DNA of 64,000 nucleotides, from NCBI GenBank assembly GCA_034520965.1, contig JAXHMY010000001.1, positions 224,001 through 288,000 on the forward strand. Direction: 5' to 3'. Each line of letters opens with the position of its first letter. Position 1 is the first letter of the stretch. The notes beneath the pieces were generated by a model. It searched no databases. It was given only the letters and a program-made list of their open reading frames with translations, and was not told the origin of the DNA. This stretch comes from Spirochaetia bacterium (lineage in GTDB: Bacteria; Spirochaetota; Spirochaetia; DSM-16054; Sediminispirochaetaceae). The position numbers and the translations under genes were made by a program. This document shows positions 1 through 9,071 of this stretch, in pieces.

Positions 1-835
1 CCTTCGGGACACTGTTGAGGATCCACCGGGTACGGGCAGAGAGTTTCTCCTGAGCCAGAAAAAGGGTCCCGATATCCTCTCCAGCCAAAATCCGCTGCAG
101 AATGCGGGGCTCCTTTCCGTGGGAGAGAACCGTTCTGCAGCCGGCACTGGCGGCGATGGAGGCAGCTTTCAGTTTGGTTAGCATTCCTCCAGTAGAAAAG
201 CGGCTTCCGGGGGTTCCCGCATAGGCTAATATTTTTTCATCCACCTGTGCGACTACCGGTATACGTTTCACATTCTGCTTCCCCTTGGGATCTCCGTCAT
301 AGAGGGCATTGATATCACTCAGAATTATAAGCAAATCCGCATCGACCTTACTGGCTACCATTGCACTGAGTCGATCATTGTCCCCAAAGGCGGTACCAAT
401 TTCATCTGTAGAAATACTATCGTTTTCATTAAAAATTGGTACTACCTCCAGCCCCAGGAGCTCTTCAACAGAATTGCGCAGATTAAGGTAGGATTTGCGG
501 TTATTCAGCACTTCCCGCGTAATCAGGACCTGGGCTATACGCACTTCGTGGGGAACAAAGGACTCCCGGTACTGGTGCATCAACAGAGGCTGCCCTATGG
601 CCGCACAGGCCTGCCGCATTCTAATGTCGGTTACCCGGGTAGAAATCCCCAGCTCCGTGGCTCCCATGCCGATTGCACCTGAGCTTACCAGCAGTACCTG
701 ATGGTCCTGTTTCACCAGCTCGGCAATCTGTCCGCTGATGGTGTCCATATAAGCGGTGTCCAGTGAATTCTCGGTGGTAATGAGGTTAGTTCCGATTTTA
801 ATAACTATTCGTTTGGTGGTGCTAAAGTCCCTCAC
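1..835 (-). CDS. proB: glutamate 5-kinase (3' end runs off the window)
   Basis: My translation of the minus strand from GTG at 835 gives MRDFSTTKRIVIKIGTNLIT, with LVSSGAIGMG and NENDSISTDEIGTAFGDNDRLSA further on. The start overlaps the proA stop (GTGA). Absent from the ORF track because it is truncated. Confidence 0.9.
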   Translation of the reverse strand, partial: MRDFSTTKRIVIKIGTNLITTENSLDTAYMDTISGQIAELVKQDHQVLLVSSGAIGMGATELGISTRVTDIRMRQACAAIGQPLLMHQYRESFVPHEVRIAQVLITREVLNNRKSYLNLRNSVEELLGLEVVPIFNENDSISTDEIGTAFGDNDRLSAMVASKVDADLLIILSDINALYDGDPKGKQNVKRIPVVAQVDEKILAYAGTPGSRFSTGGMLTKLKAASIAASAGCRTVLSHGKEPRILQRILAGEDIGTLFLAQEKLSARTRWILNSVPK

Positions 836-2157
836 CCAGGTTCCTCCGTGTTCAGGGAACGATGCAGAAAGGGCCGGGCATTTAACCCACTGTAATCGGC
901 TGCTTTCTGCCCGCTGCCATACAGTCTCCATTTATAGATAACCAGCCCTTCCAGACCAACCGGACCACGAGCGTGGATCTTGTTGGTGCTTATCCCTACT
1001 TCGGCCCCAAGGCCGAAGCGAAACCCATCGGAAAAACGGGTACTGGCGTTCCAAAACACATCCGCCGAGTCGACCCGGTTCATAAACTGCTCCGCAGCGT
1101 TCTGGTCGGCAGTCACAATCGCATCGGTATGCCCCGATCCGTAGGTATTGGTGTGCTCGATAGCCGCATCCAATCCGTCGACTATCTTTACTGCCAGAAT
1201 TTTATCAAGATATTCAGCTTCCCAGTCCTCAGTCCGCGCAGGTTTTACCTCTATATATGCCCGGGTCCGCTCACAACCCCGCAGTTCGGTACCGCGGGAA
1301 TCCATCCGATCCTTCAGACGGGGCAGGAAATCAGCGGCCACTGCCTCATCCACCAGCAGGGTCTCCAGAGCATTACACACCGCTACATATTGATTCTTTG
1401 AATCGTCGGCCAGCTCAACCGCCATGGGGATATCCGCCTTTGAGTGTACATACAGGTGGGTAACTCCGTCTGCGTGACCAAGTACCGGAATATTAGTATT
1501 GTCCATTATATACCGTACAAACTGGTTTGAACCCCGGGGGATCAATAAATCTATGTGTCGATCCAGGGCCAGCATAGTTTTTACATCTTCCCGGGTTTCT
1601 ATCAGCTGAATCCAGCCCGCCGGTATTCCGGCAGCTTCGGTGGCTGCAGCAATAAGCTCGGTCAGCACCCGATTGCTCTCCAGGGCCTCGTGGCCGCCCT
1701 TCAGCAGCACCGCATTCCCGCTTTTTAAACTAAGGGCCGCCATTTGCACAAGCGCATCGGGACGCGACTCAAAAATCATTCCAATTACACCTATGGGACA
1801 GGTTACCTGAAAGAGGCGTAAGCCTTCGTCCAGCTCACGCCCGCTCAGCACTACTCCCACGGGGTCCGACTGTCCGGCTACTCCGCGCACTCCCCGACAG
1901 GCTTGGTCGATTTTCTCACCCTGGAATTTGAGCCGTTTTAAGAGCGGTGCCTCAAGCTGCTGCTGTTCAGCACGCTTGATATCGGCCTGGTTGGCAGACT
2001 CTATTTTATGACGATGCTCTTGTAAAGCCGCCGCAATAGCCTCGAGGGCGGTGTTCTTTGCCGCCGTAGAGAGGCTTGCACAGCGTATCTGTGCCTGTTT
2101 GGCCTGAGTGGCCCTCTCTTGAATACTCACGAAATGCGCCTCCTTGTGCCCTTTCAT
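832..2157 (-). CDS. proA: gamma-glutamyl phosphate reductase
   Basis: Motifs IGMIFESRPD, LIPRGS, CNALETLLV, NASTRFSDGFRFGLGAEVGISTNKIHARGPVGLEGL. Start is either ATG 2157 or 2178. Confidence 0.95.
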   Translation of the reverse strand: MKGHKEAHFVSIQERATQAKQAQIRCASLSTAAKNTALEAIAAALQEHRHKIESANQADIKRAEQQQLEAPLLKRLKFQGEKIDQACRGVRGVAGQSDPVGVVLSGRELDEGLRLFQVTCPIGVIGMIFESRPDALVQMAALSLKSGNAVLLKGGHEALESNRVLTELIAAATEAAGIPAGWIQLIETREDVKTMLALDRHIDLLIPRGSNQFVRYIMDNTNIPVLGHADGVTHLYVHSKADIPMAVELADDSKNQYVAVCNALETLLVDEAVAADFLPRLKDRMDSRGTELRGCERTRAYIEVKPARTEDWEAEYLDKILAVKIVDGLDAAIEHTNTYGSGHTDAIVTADQNAAEQFMNRVDSADVFWNASTRFSDGFRFGLGAEVGISTNKIHARGPVGLEGLVIYKWRLYGSGQKAADYSGLNARPFLHRSLNTEEPG

Positions 2158-2315
2158 TGTATCCACTACCCCGCGCACATGTCCAGCCGTCTGTCAGGCT
2201 TCGTTCGGCATCGTCATATGAGGCCGGCGCTTGCTCGGTGCGGTTGACATCCCATTATTCATTGTTGTATATAATGAGATACATGGAACATCATTTTTTC
2301 TTCAAGGGAGTTATA

Positions 2316-3453
2316 ATGAACCGAGAACCGAACATCTATATACTTTTAAAGACATTCGTGTAGAGGCCTGTGCGGGGGCCTGCTAATCAGTGCCGGTCTG
2401 CTGATCCCGCTGAACGCCGCGGCTGAACCTGCCCACCACTATCCAGTCACCGTCGAAGATTCTCTAGGTAATGAATTTACTATGGAAGAGGCACCCCAGC
2501 GGGTTGTACTGGCCGGTAAAGCGACTCTGATTACCGCCAATGCATACTACCTGTTTGAAGAGGCCCGCGATAAGGTTGTTGCCATTGGAAAAACTAATCA
2601 GGGATTGGGTAATTTCCTTCCTCATCTGGATAGTGATTTTGAAAAGGTAATAAAACTCTCCCATCAGGTAGGCCCCGAACAGGTTATCGCTCAAAGACCG
2701 GACCTGGTAATTGTCAAAGACTTTATGTACAAGCGCCTGGGATCACCTCTGGCCAAACTGGGAACTCCCGTGTTAGCCCTAAACTTAGAGAGTGCCTCAG
2801 CCTACGAACAGGATATCCGCATACTCGGAACAGTACTCAACCAGGAAGGGCGTGCAGAGGAAATTTTAGATATTTATGACGAGCGGCTCTCCGAACTTGA
2901 ACGAATAAGCGATTCGATTCCCGTAGCTGAAAAGCCACGTGTCTTGATGCTGTATTACAGTGTTCGCGGCGGTGATACAGCTTTTAATATACCCCCTAAG
3001 AACTGGATGCAGACTTTTCAGGTAGAGGCCGCCGGGGGAACCCCCGTGTGGACCGATTCAAACCTTGGAAGCGGCTGGAAAACGGTTAACTTTGAACAGA
3101 TCGCCGCCTGGGACCCGGATACTATCGTGATAACTGCCTACCACAGCGCTCCGGACAACTTTTTTGAAGAGATTATCGACAGCCCTAGGTGGCAGCAGCT
3201 GCGAGCGGGAAAAGAGGGGCGCGTGTACGCCTTCCCAGCCGATTTTTACAGCTGGGCACAACCGGATGTACGCTGGATACTGGGCGCTCAATGGCTGGCC
3301 CGCACCCTGCATCCGGACCACTTTTCACATATGAACATCAAGGCCGAGGTGCGCAGTTTTTATCGGGAGATGTACGCCATTTCCGATACCACCATTGACT
3401 CGCTGGTTCTGCCGCGCCTCGATACTGTCCTTGACCACAACGCGCCCGAATAG
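2316..3453 (+). CDS. iron-siderophore/cobalamin-type ABC transporter substrate-binding protein (apparent frameshift near the N-terminus)
   Basis: ORF 2482-3453 resembles Peripla_BP_2 (VNFEQIAAWDPD). The in-frame upstream sequence encodes a signal peptide (GLLISAGLLIPLNAAAEP...YPVTVEDSLGN), but the RBS-linked ATG at 2316 is out of frame. Confidence 0.8.
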
Positions 3454-3464
3454 TTGTAGAAAAA

Positions 3465-4487
3465 ATGGCCTCAAACCTTCGTCGCCAGCGCAAAGGACTG
3501 GTAATTTTATTGGTTCTGTTAGCGGTCACTGTGGTTCTTGCCGTCTTGACCGGCCGCTACCCCAGCCCCGGGCTTATCTCTCCAGCCCAGCTGCTTGAAG
3601 ACCCCCTGGCCCAAAGCCTGGTGCTCAACCTGCGGCTGCCGCGAATAATCGCGGCGCTGCTATTGGGCTCGGGACTGGCCGCTGCCGGCCTAGTCTTCCA
3701 GATGATCTTTGCCAATCCACTGGTAGAACCGGGCTTTTTGGGAGTCAGCCAGGGAGCAGCCTTTGGTGCATCAGTCAGTATAGTCGCCTTTGCCCCGGCC
3801 CTTTGGATTATTCAGCTCTCTTCTGCCCTGTGTGCGCTGGTCGGCTTGGCAGTCTCCTACATTATGGCCCGTCACTTCCACTTCGGCGGCTGGGTGCTGC
3901 GCCTCATCCTTGCGGGAATTGCCGTCAGTGCCCTGTTTTCCTCGGGAATAGGGATTGTAAAGTTCGTGGCCGATCCAATGAGCCAACTACCGGAGATTAC
4001 CTTTTGGATGCTCGGAGGTCTGTGGAGCGTCGATTGGCAACAGGCCCGCTCCATTCTGCCGGTGTGTATCATTGGAATCATCATTTTACTGGGGTACCGT
4101 TGGCGGCTGAATTTACTGTCGATGGACGACCGAACCGCCTTTTCACTCGGACTGGCACCCTTCCGCGAACGACTGCTGCTGCTGGTTACCGCCACGGCGG
4201 TAACCGCCGCCACTATCTCCATCAGCGGCATCGTCAGCTGGGTTGGCCTGATAGTACCACACATCGCTCGCCGCCTGTTCAGTTCCGACGGGCGCTTCGC
4301 CTTGCCCGCCTCTATGATCATTGGTGCTATCTACGTAGTGGTCTGTGATACCCTGGCCAGAACAGTGCTGGATGGAGAAATTCCCCTGGGGGTTTTAACC
4401 AGTTTTGTAGGAGCCGGACTGTTTTTAGTACTGCTTAGCAAGAAAAGAATTAAAAAGGGAAAATACCGTGGCGAATCGACTCCTTGA
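3465..4487 (+). CDS. FecCD/BtuC-family ABC permease
   Basis: Motifs LRLPRI, NPLVEPGFLGVSQGA, GIVSWVGLIVPHIAR, GEIPLGVLT. Confidence 0.92.
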   Translation: MASNLRRQRKGLVILLVLLAVTVVLAVLTGRYPSPGLISPAQLLEDPLAQSLVLNLRLPRIIAALLLGSGLAAAGLVFQMIFANPLVEPGFLGVSQGAAFGASVSIVAFAPALWIIQLSSALCALVGLAVSYIMARHFHFGGWVLRLILAGIAVSALFSSGIGIVKFVADPMSQLPEITFWMLGGLWSVDWQQARSILPVCIIGIIILLGYRWRLNLLSMDDRTAFSLGLAPFRERLLLLVTATAVTAATISISGIVSWVGLIVPHIARRLFSSDGRFALPASMIIGAIYVVVCDTLARTVLDGEIPLGVLTSFVGAGLFLVLLSKKRIKKGKYRGESTP

Positions 4488-5247
4488 AATACAAGATATT
4501 AGTTACCGCTATCGAATGAACACGACCCCGGTGCTGCAGAATCTTTCAATGAGTATCGAGAAGGGTACGGTCAACACGATTCTCGGCCCCAACGGAGCCG
4601 GAAAATCGACGCTGCTGGACATCTGTTTAGGCTGGAAAGAACCGGAAACCGGACGAATCCTTTTAAACCAACAGGATATTTCCAGCTTCAGTCGCCGCCG
4701 GATGGGGCGCTGGATGAGTCTGGTCCCCCAGGATGAGCAAGTGCGTTTTGACTATACTGTATTAGAGTATCTGCTGCTCGGGCGAGCTCCCTACCTGTCG
4801 CAGCTTGAAATGCCCGGCCAGGAAGATGTAGATATCGCCCGCCGGGCTTTGGAAAAGGTGGGTCTACAGCATCTGCAGGAACGCCCCGCCTCTAAGCTTT
4901 CCGGCGGAGAACATCAGCTGTTGATGATAGCCCGGGCTCTGGTTCAGGAGCCCCACATTCTGGTGCTGGATGAACCAACCAGCCGTCTGGACCCGGGAAA
5001 CCGTCAGAGGGTGGTCGACTTACTCAAAACATTGCTCAGTCATGGAGTCACTATTCTGTTCACAACTCACGATCCAACCCTTGCTGCGGATATATCCACC
5101 CATGCACTCCTGCTAAAACAGGGCAAGGTACTCCATGCCGGTCCGGAGGAGGAAGTACTCACCAGCAGGAACCTCTCGCAACTGTATGGAATCAACATGG
5201 AAGTCCTTCGCCGAAAAGACAAAACTATCGTTTTTTCCACACACTAA
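4468..5247 (+). CDS. FepC/BtuD-type ABC ATP-binding protein
   Basis: Walker A GPNGAGKST, signature LSGGE, Walker B LVLDEPT. Confidence 0.93.
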   Translation: MANRLLEIQDISYRYRMNTTPVLQNLSMSIEKGTVNTILGPNGAGKSTLLDICLGWKEPETGRILLNQQDISSFSRRRMGRWMSLVPQDEQVRFDYTVLEYLLLGRAPYLSQLEMPGQEDVDIARRALEKVGLQHLQERPASKLSGGEHQLLMIARALVQEPHILVLDEPTSRLDPGNRQRVVDLLKTLLSHGVTILFTTHDPTLAADISTHALLLKQGKVLHAGPEEEVLTSRNLSQLYGINMEVLRRKDKTIVFSTH

Positions 5248-5265
5248 AACCAAATATCAAGGCTG

Positions 5266-7028
5266 CTATTTTACCGGACACTCGGTAAAGGAAAAACTAC
5301 GCGTATCGAATAGCCCCATATCGGTCAGCTTCAGCTCCGGTATTACCGGCAAAGCCAGAAAACTTAAAGTCATAAAGGGATCAAGTTCATTGTTTACACC
5401 CAGTTTTTCAATTGCAAGCGGATACATTTCTCTCAGCTTTCGACTAACATACTCCGGCGATTCATCGGACATCAGGCCGGCAATCGGAAGCTCCAGGCTA
5501 GCCAGAATCTCACCGTCCAAGGCCATTGTAATTCCACCGCCAACCCGTATAAGCTCCTGTACCGCAGCGTACATATCCCGGTCGTTTTCACCAATAACAA
5601 TGATATTATGTGAATCATGGGCGATGGTGGAGGCAACCGCCCCCCGGGAAAGCTTATAGTTTTCAACCAGAGCAATCCCAATGTGTCCGGTAGCCTTATG
5701 CCGCTCAATAACGGCCATCTTCAGCACATCCAGCTTATCGTGGTATTCAAAACAACCCTCTGCATCCCGTTGAATTTTACGGGTTGCCTCTTCAGTAATT
5801 AAACTGTGGGACTGCAGCCGGATAACTCTGGCGATATCTGTTTCCAGTTGCAGCTTGAATTGTTCCACCGGAAAGTCCTTTACATTGACGGTTCCGGTTA
5901 CCTTGGAAATATCGGCATGGGGAACCTCAAATTCGGCTTTACGTGAAGCAGCAACCCTTTTCCCGCCTACATACACCTGCTGCACGTTGAACTGCGACAA
6001 ATCATCCACCATTACAATATCCGCCCGATACCCGGGCGCCAGGGCTCCCCGGCCTTCCAGACGATACGCCTCGGCCGAATCGATACGCTGACGCCCATCT
6101 GAACTGCAGTGATCGGATCTATCCCACGCTCAACGGCCAGACGCAAGTGGTTGTCAATGTGCCCTTCTGCTAAAATGTCCTCCGGCTGACGGTCATCGGT
6201 ACAGAACATACAGCGCCTGGAATTATGGGCATTCACCCCGGTAATCAAGTCCGGCAGATTCTGTGCCGCGGAGCCCTGGCGAATAAGACAGTACATGCCC
6301 ACCCGCAGGCGCTCGCGCATTTCATCCAGGGTAGAGCTCTCATGATCGCTGGCCACGCCGGCAGCCGCATAGGCATTTAACTCCTTACCCAACAGCATAG
6401 GGCTATGACCGTCGATCATCTTGCCGCGTGAAAGCGCCAGCATAATTTTATCCAGGATCCCGTCGCCGCCGGATAAAAGAGCCGGATAATCCATTACCTC
6501 TCCCAGACCGAGCACCCGATCTTTTTCGAACAAACCGGCCAACTTGTCCGCATCCAGCACTGCCCCCGCATTCTCAAATTTCGTAGCAGGCACACAACTC
6601 GGCAGCATAAAGTACACCTCCAGCGGCAGCTCCCGACTGGCTTCCAGCATATAGCGGATTCCATCAACACCACACACATTTGCAATTTCGTGGGGGTCGG
6701 CAACAATAGCAGTAGTACCGTGGGGTACAATCGCCTTCGCAAATTGTCCTGGAGAAGTAAGGGAAGACTCAATATGCACGTGAGCATCTATCAGTCCGGG
6801 TATCAGATAGCGTCCGTGGGCTTCAACCTCCTCCACCCCTTCATAGGCACCGACACCGATTATCACACCATTGTCTACGGCCAAATTTCCCTCGATCACT
6901 TCATGGGAAAAGACGTTCACTACCCGGGCCCCTTTAAAAACCAGCTCCGCCCGTTTGCGGCCGGTGGCAACTTCAATTCTTCGCTTCACATCTGCTTTGC
7001 TTATGTTATTTTTGGCTGCTGTCTGCAT
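5266..7028 (-). CDS. ade: adenine deaminase (split by a frameshift at about 6083-6097)
   Basis: N-terminal part has PGLIDAHVHIESS, DPHEIANV, FCTDD. C-terminal part has ASTIAHDSHN, LPIAGLMS, LSFLALPVIPELKLTD. The bridging frame reads AEAYRLEGRGALAPGYRADIVMVD. Confidence 0.9.
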
Positions 7029-7091
7029 ATACTCTCCAGTCCTATTCACATTAATTGTGGGTATAGTATAATCTATCTTATAAGATATTTC

Positions 7092-7109
7092 TACAACAAA
7101 CCGCAACAT
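7092..7109 (-). promoter_or_regulatory. candidate operator TGTTGY-N4-TGTTGYA (copy 1)
   Basis: tacaacaaaccgcaacat on the + strand, with the same geometry as the copies at 11354, 11417 and 48722. Confidence 0.55.
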
Positions 7110-7181
7110 CATACTTGTAAGAATTGGAATTCAAGGTTACAATCGATTGAACAAAAAACTCAATTGATAGGAGTTCGTGTG

Positions 7182-8468
7182 ATGGAAAAACTTTTTAAAC
7201 TGAAGGAGCATAATACTTCAGTCAAAACAGAAGTGGTAGCTGGAATTACCACATTTCTTACCATGGCCTACATCCTGATAGTGAATCCGCAGATTCTCGC
7301 AAATACAGGAATGGACATGGGCGGTGTGTTTACTGCAACTGCACTCTCGGCAGCAATTGCTACTCTCGTGATGGCTTTTGCAGCAAACCTTCCGTTTGCC
7401 CTGGCACCGGGTATGGGTCTGAATGCCTTCTTCGCCTTTACGGTTGTACTGACCATGGGATACTCATGGCAGTTTGCACTGACCGCCGTTTTTCTTGAAG
7501 GTATCATTTTTATCATTCTTACCCTTCTGAATGTACGCGAGGCGATTATCAACAGCATTCCGAAGAATGTGAAACGGGCTATCTCCGTCGGTATTGGCCT
7601 GTTTATCGCCTTTATCGGTCTTCAGAATGCCGGGCTCATTGTGAGTAGCGAAGCTACCATGGTGGTACTGGGCGACGTAACCAGCCCGGTTACCCTACTG
7701 GCAATTATCGGTCTGGTACTTACCGGTGTACTGCTGGCGTACAAGGTCAAGGGATCGCTGCTGATCGGTATCGTGGCTACCACCATTATTGGTCTGCCCC
7801 TCGGAATCACCAGCCTCCCCTCTGGCAGCTGGGCTCCCCCTTCGTTAGCTCCGGTCCTCTTCCAATTTGATTTCTCCCAGGTTTTCACCATCGATATGCT
7901 GGTAGTGCTGTTCACCTTTCTGTTTGTGGATATGTTCGACACAGTCGGTACTCTAATCGGTGTTTCAACTAAAGCGGGAATAATCAATGAAGACGGAAGT
8001 ATTCCCAACGCAAAGGCTGCACTGTTTGCCGATGCTATCGGAACCACTGTCGGTGCGTGTATGGGAACCAGTACCGTAACCACCTATGTAGAAAGTGCTG
8101 CGGGTGTTGCTGAAGGCGGGCGAACCGGTATGACGGCCTTCACCACTGCAATTCTGTTCCTGCTGGCCCTGTTTGTCAGCCCCCTCTTCTTGATGATTCC
8201 GGGTGCTGCAACCGCACCGGCACTTGTTTTGGTTGGTCTGTTTATGATGTCTCCGATTATCCACATCGACTTCGAGGACTACACCGAAGCTATTCCGGCC
8301 TTCCTTACCATTATTATGATGCCCCTGGCATACAGTATTGCCGATGGTATTATGTTTGGTATGCTCGGCTACGTTGCTCTTAAACTTCTCAGCGGTAAAT
8401 CGAAGGACGTGAACTTTGTTACAATCATTATTGCGATTGTCTTCCTGATTAAGTTTATCGTCGGCTAA
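7182..8468 (+). CDS. NCS2 family AzgA/PbuG-like adenine/guanine/hypoxanthine permease
   Basis: Motifs TEVVAGITTFLTMAYI, APGMGLNAFF, DMFDTVGT, YVESAAGVAEGGRTG. RBS GGAG lies upstream of ATG 7182, so the longer ORF-track start is rejected. Confidence 0.93.
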   Translation: MEKLFKLKEHNTSVKTEVVAGITTFLTMAYILIVNPQILANTGMDMGGVFTATALSAAIATLVMAFAANLPFALAPGMGLNAFFAFTVVLTMGYSWQFALTAVFLEGIIFIILTLLNVREAIINSIPKNVKRAISVGIGLFIAFIGLQNAGLIVSSEATMVVLGDVTSPVTLLAIIGLVLTGVLLAYKVKGSLLIGIVATTIIGLPLGITSLPSGSWAPPSLAPVLFQFDFSQVFTIDMLVVLFTFLFVDMFDTVGTLIGVSTKAGIINEDGSIPNAKAALFADAIGTTVGACMGTSTVTTYVESAAGVAEGGRTGMTAFTTAILFLLALFVSPLFLMIPGAATAPALVLVGLFMMSPIIHIDFEDYTEAIPAFLTIIMMPLAYSIADGIMFGMLGYVALKLLSGKSKDVNFVTIIIAIVFLIKFIVG

Positions 8469-8493
8469 GAGCCCGCAAGGGCGTTGCAACGAC

Positions 8494-8531
8494 AAAAAGC
8501 GGGTCTGTGTACACACACAACCCGCTTTTTT
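8494..8531. terminator. probable bidirectional intrinsic terminator
   Basis: aaaaagcgggt...acccgctttttt lies between convergent genes. Confidence 0.75.
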
Positions 8532-8585
8532 AATGCACATTAGTTTGAAGCTATAAAGTTTGATGCTATAAATTGTACCTATGAA

Positions 8586-9071
8586 CTAGGGATACATCGT
8601 CTTAGAGGCCTGCTCTACCGCATCGACAATCTGCTGATACCCAGTACAACGGCACAAATTGGTGTTAATTCCTTTGCGTATCTCCTCGCGATTGGGGTGT
8701 TTGTTCTTAAGCAGCAGAGAATAGGCCGACAGGACCATTCCCGGGGTACAAAAACCGCACTGAATTGCCCCGGCATCGATAAACGCCTGTTGAATAGGAT
8801 GCAGGGTGCCGTCGGGCTGCTCAAAGCCCTCGATGGTGGTAATTCGTTTGCCGACCACGCTGCTTACCTTTGTCAAACAGGATCGTCGGGCGGCGTCATC
8901 AATCAATACGGTACAAGAACCGCAGGCTCCGGTACCGCAGCCGTTCTTAGTCCCGGTCAGGTTCAATACCTCCCGTAGATAGTCAAGCAGGTTCATATTC
9001 AGTTCCGTCTCAGCCAAGGCATGTTCGGTTCCGTTTACCGTAAGTACAGATGTTGTCTGTTCAGTGCTCAT
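8586..9071 (-). CDS. xanthine dehydrogenase-family (2Fe-2S) subunit
   Basis: Motifs GTKNGCGTGACGSCTV, QCGFCTPG, NLCRCTGY. Confidence 0.93.
   Translation of the reverse strand: MSTEQTTSVLTVNGTEHALAETELNMNLLDYLREVLNLTGTKNGCGTGACGSCTVLIDDAARRSCLTKVSSVVGKRITTIEGFEQPDGTLHPIQQAFIDAGAIQCGFCTPGMVLSAYSLLLKNKHPNREEIRKGINTNLCRCTGYQQIVDAVEQASKTMYP

Noticed and set aside
7065..7120. Possible purine riboswitch upstream of the AzgA-like permease (TATAAT...TTTCTAC...CCGCAA)
   Set aside because: The P3 and P1 helices cannot be paired, the ATATGG loop is absent and there is no expression platform. The segment is better explained as a promoter plus the direct-repeat motif. An Infernal RF00167 search would settle it.
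6690..7181. N-terminal extension of the permease ORF in the ORF track
   Set aside because: It overlaps ade on the opposite strand. The family-like sequence and RBS start at 7182.
8542..8571. 2 x 15-bp tandem repeat agtttga(a/t)gctataa
   Set aside because: Only two adjacent units with no spacers, between convergent genes. It is not a CRISPR array and is probably a slippage duplication.
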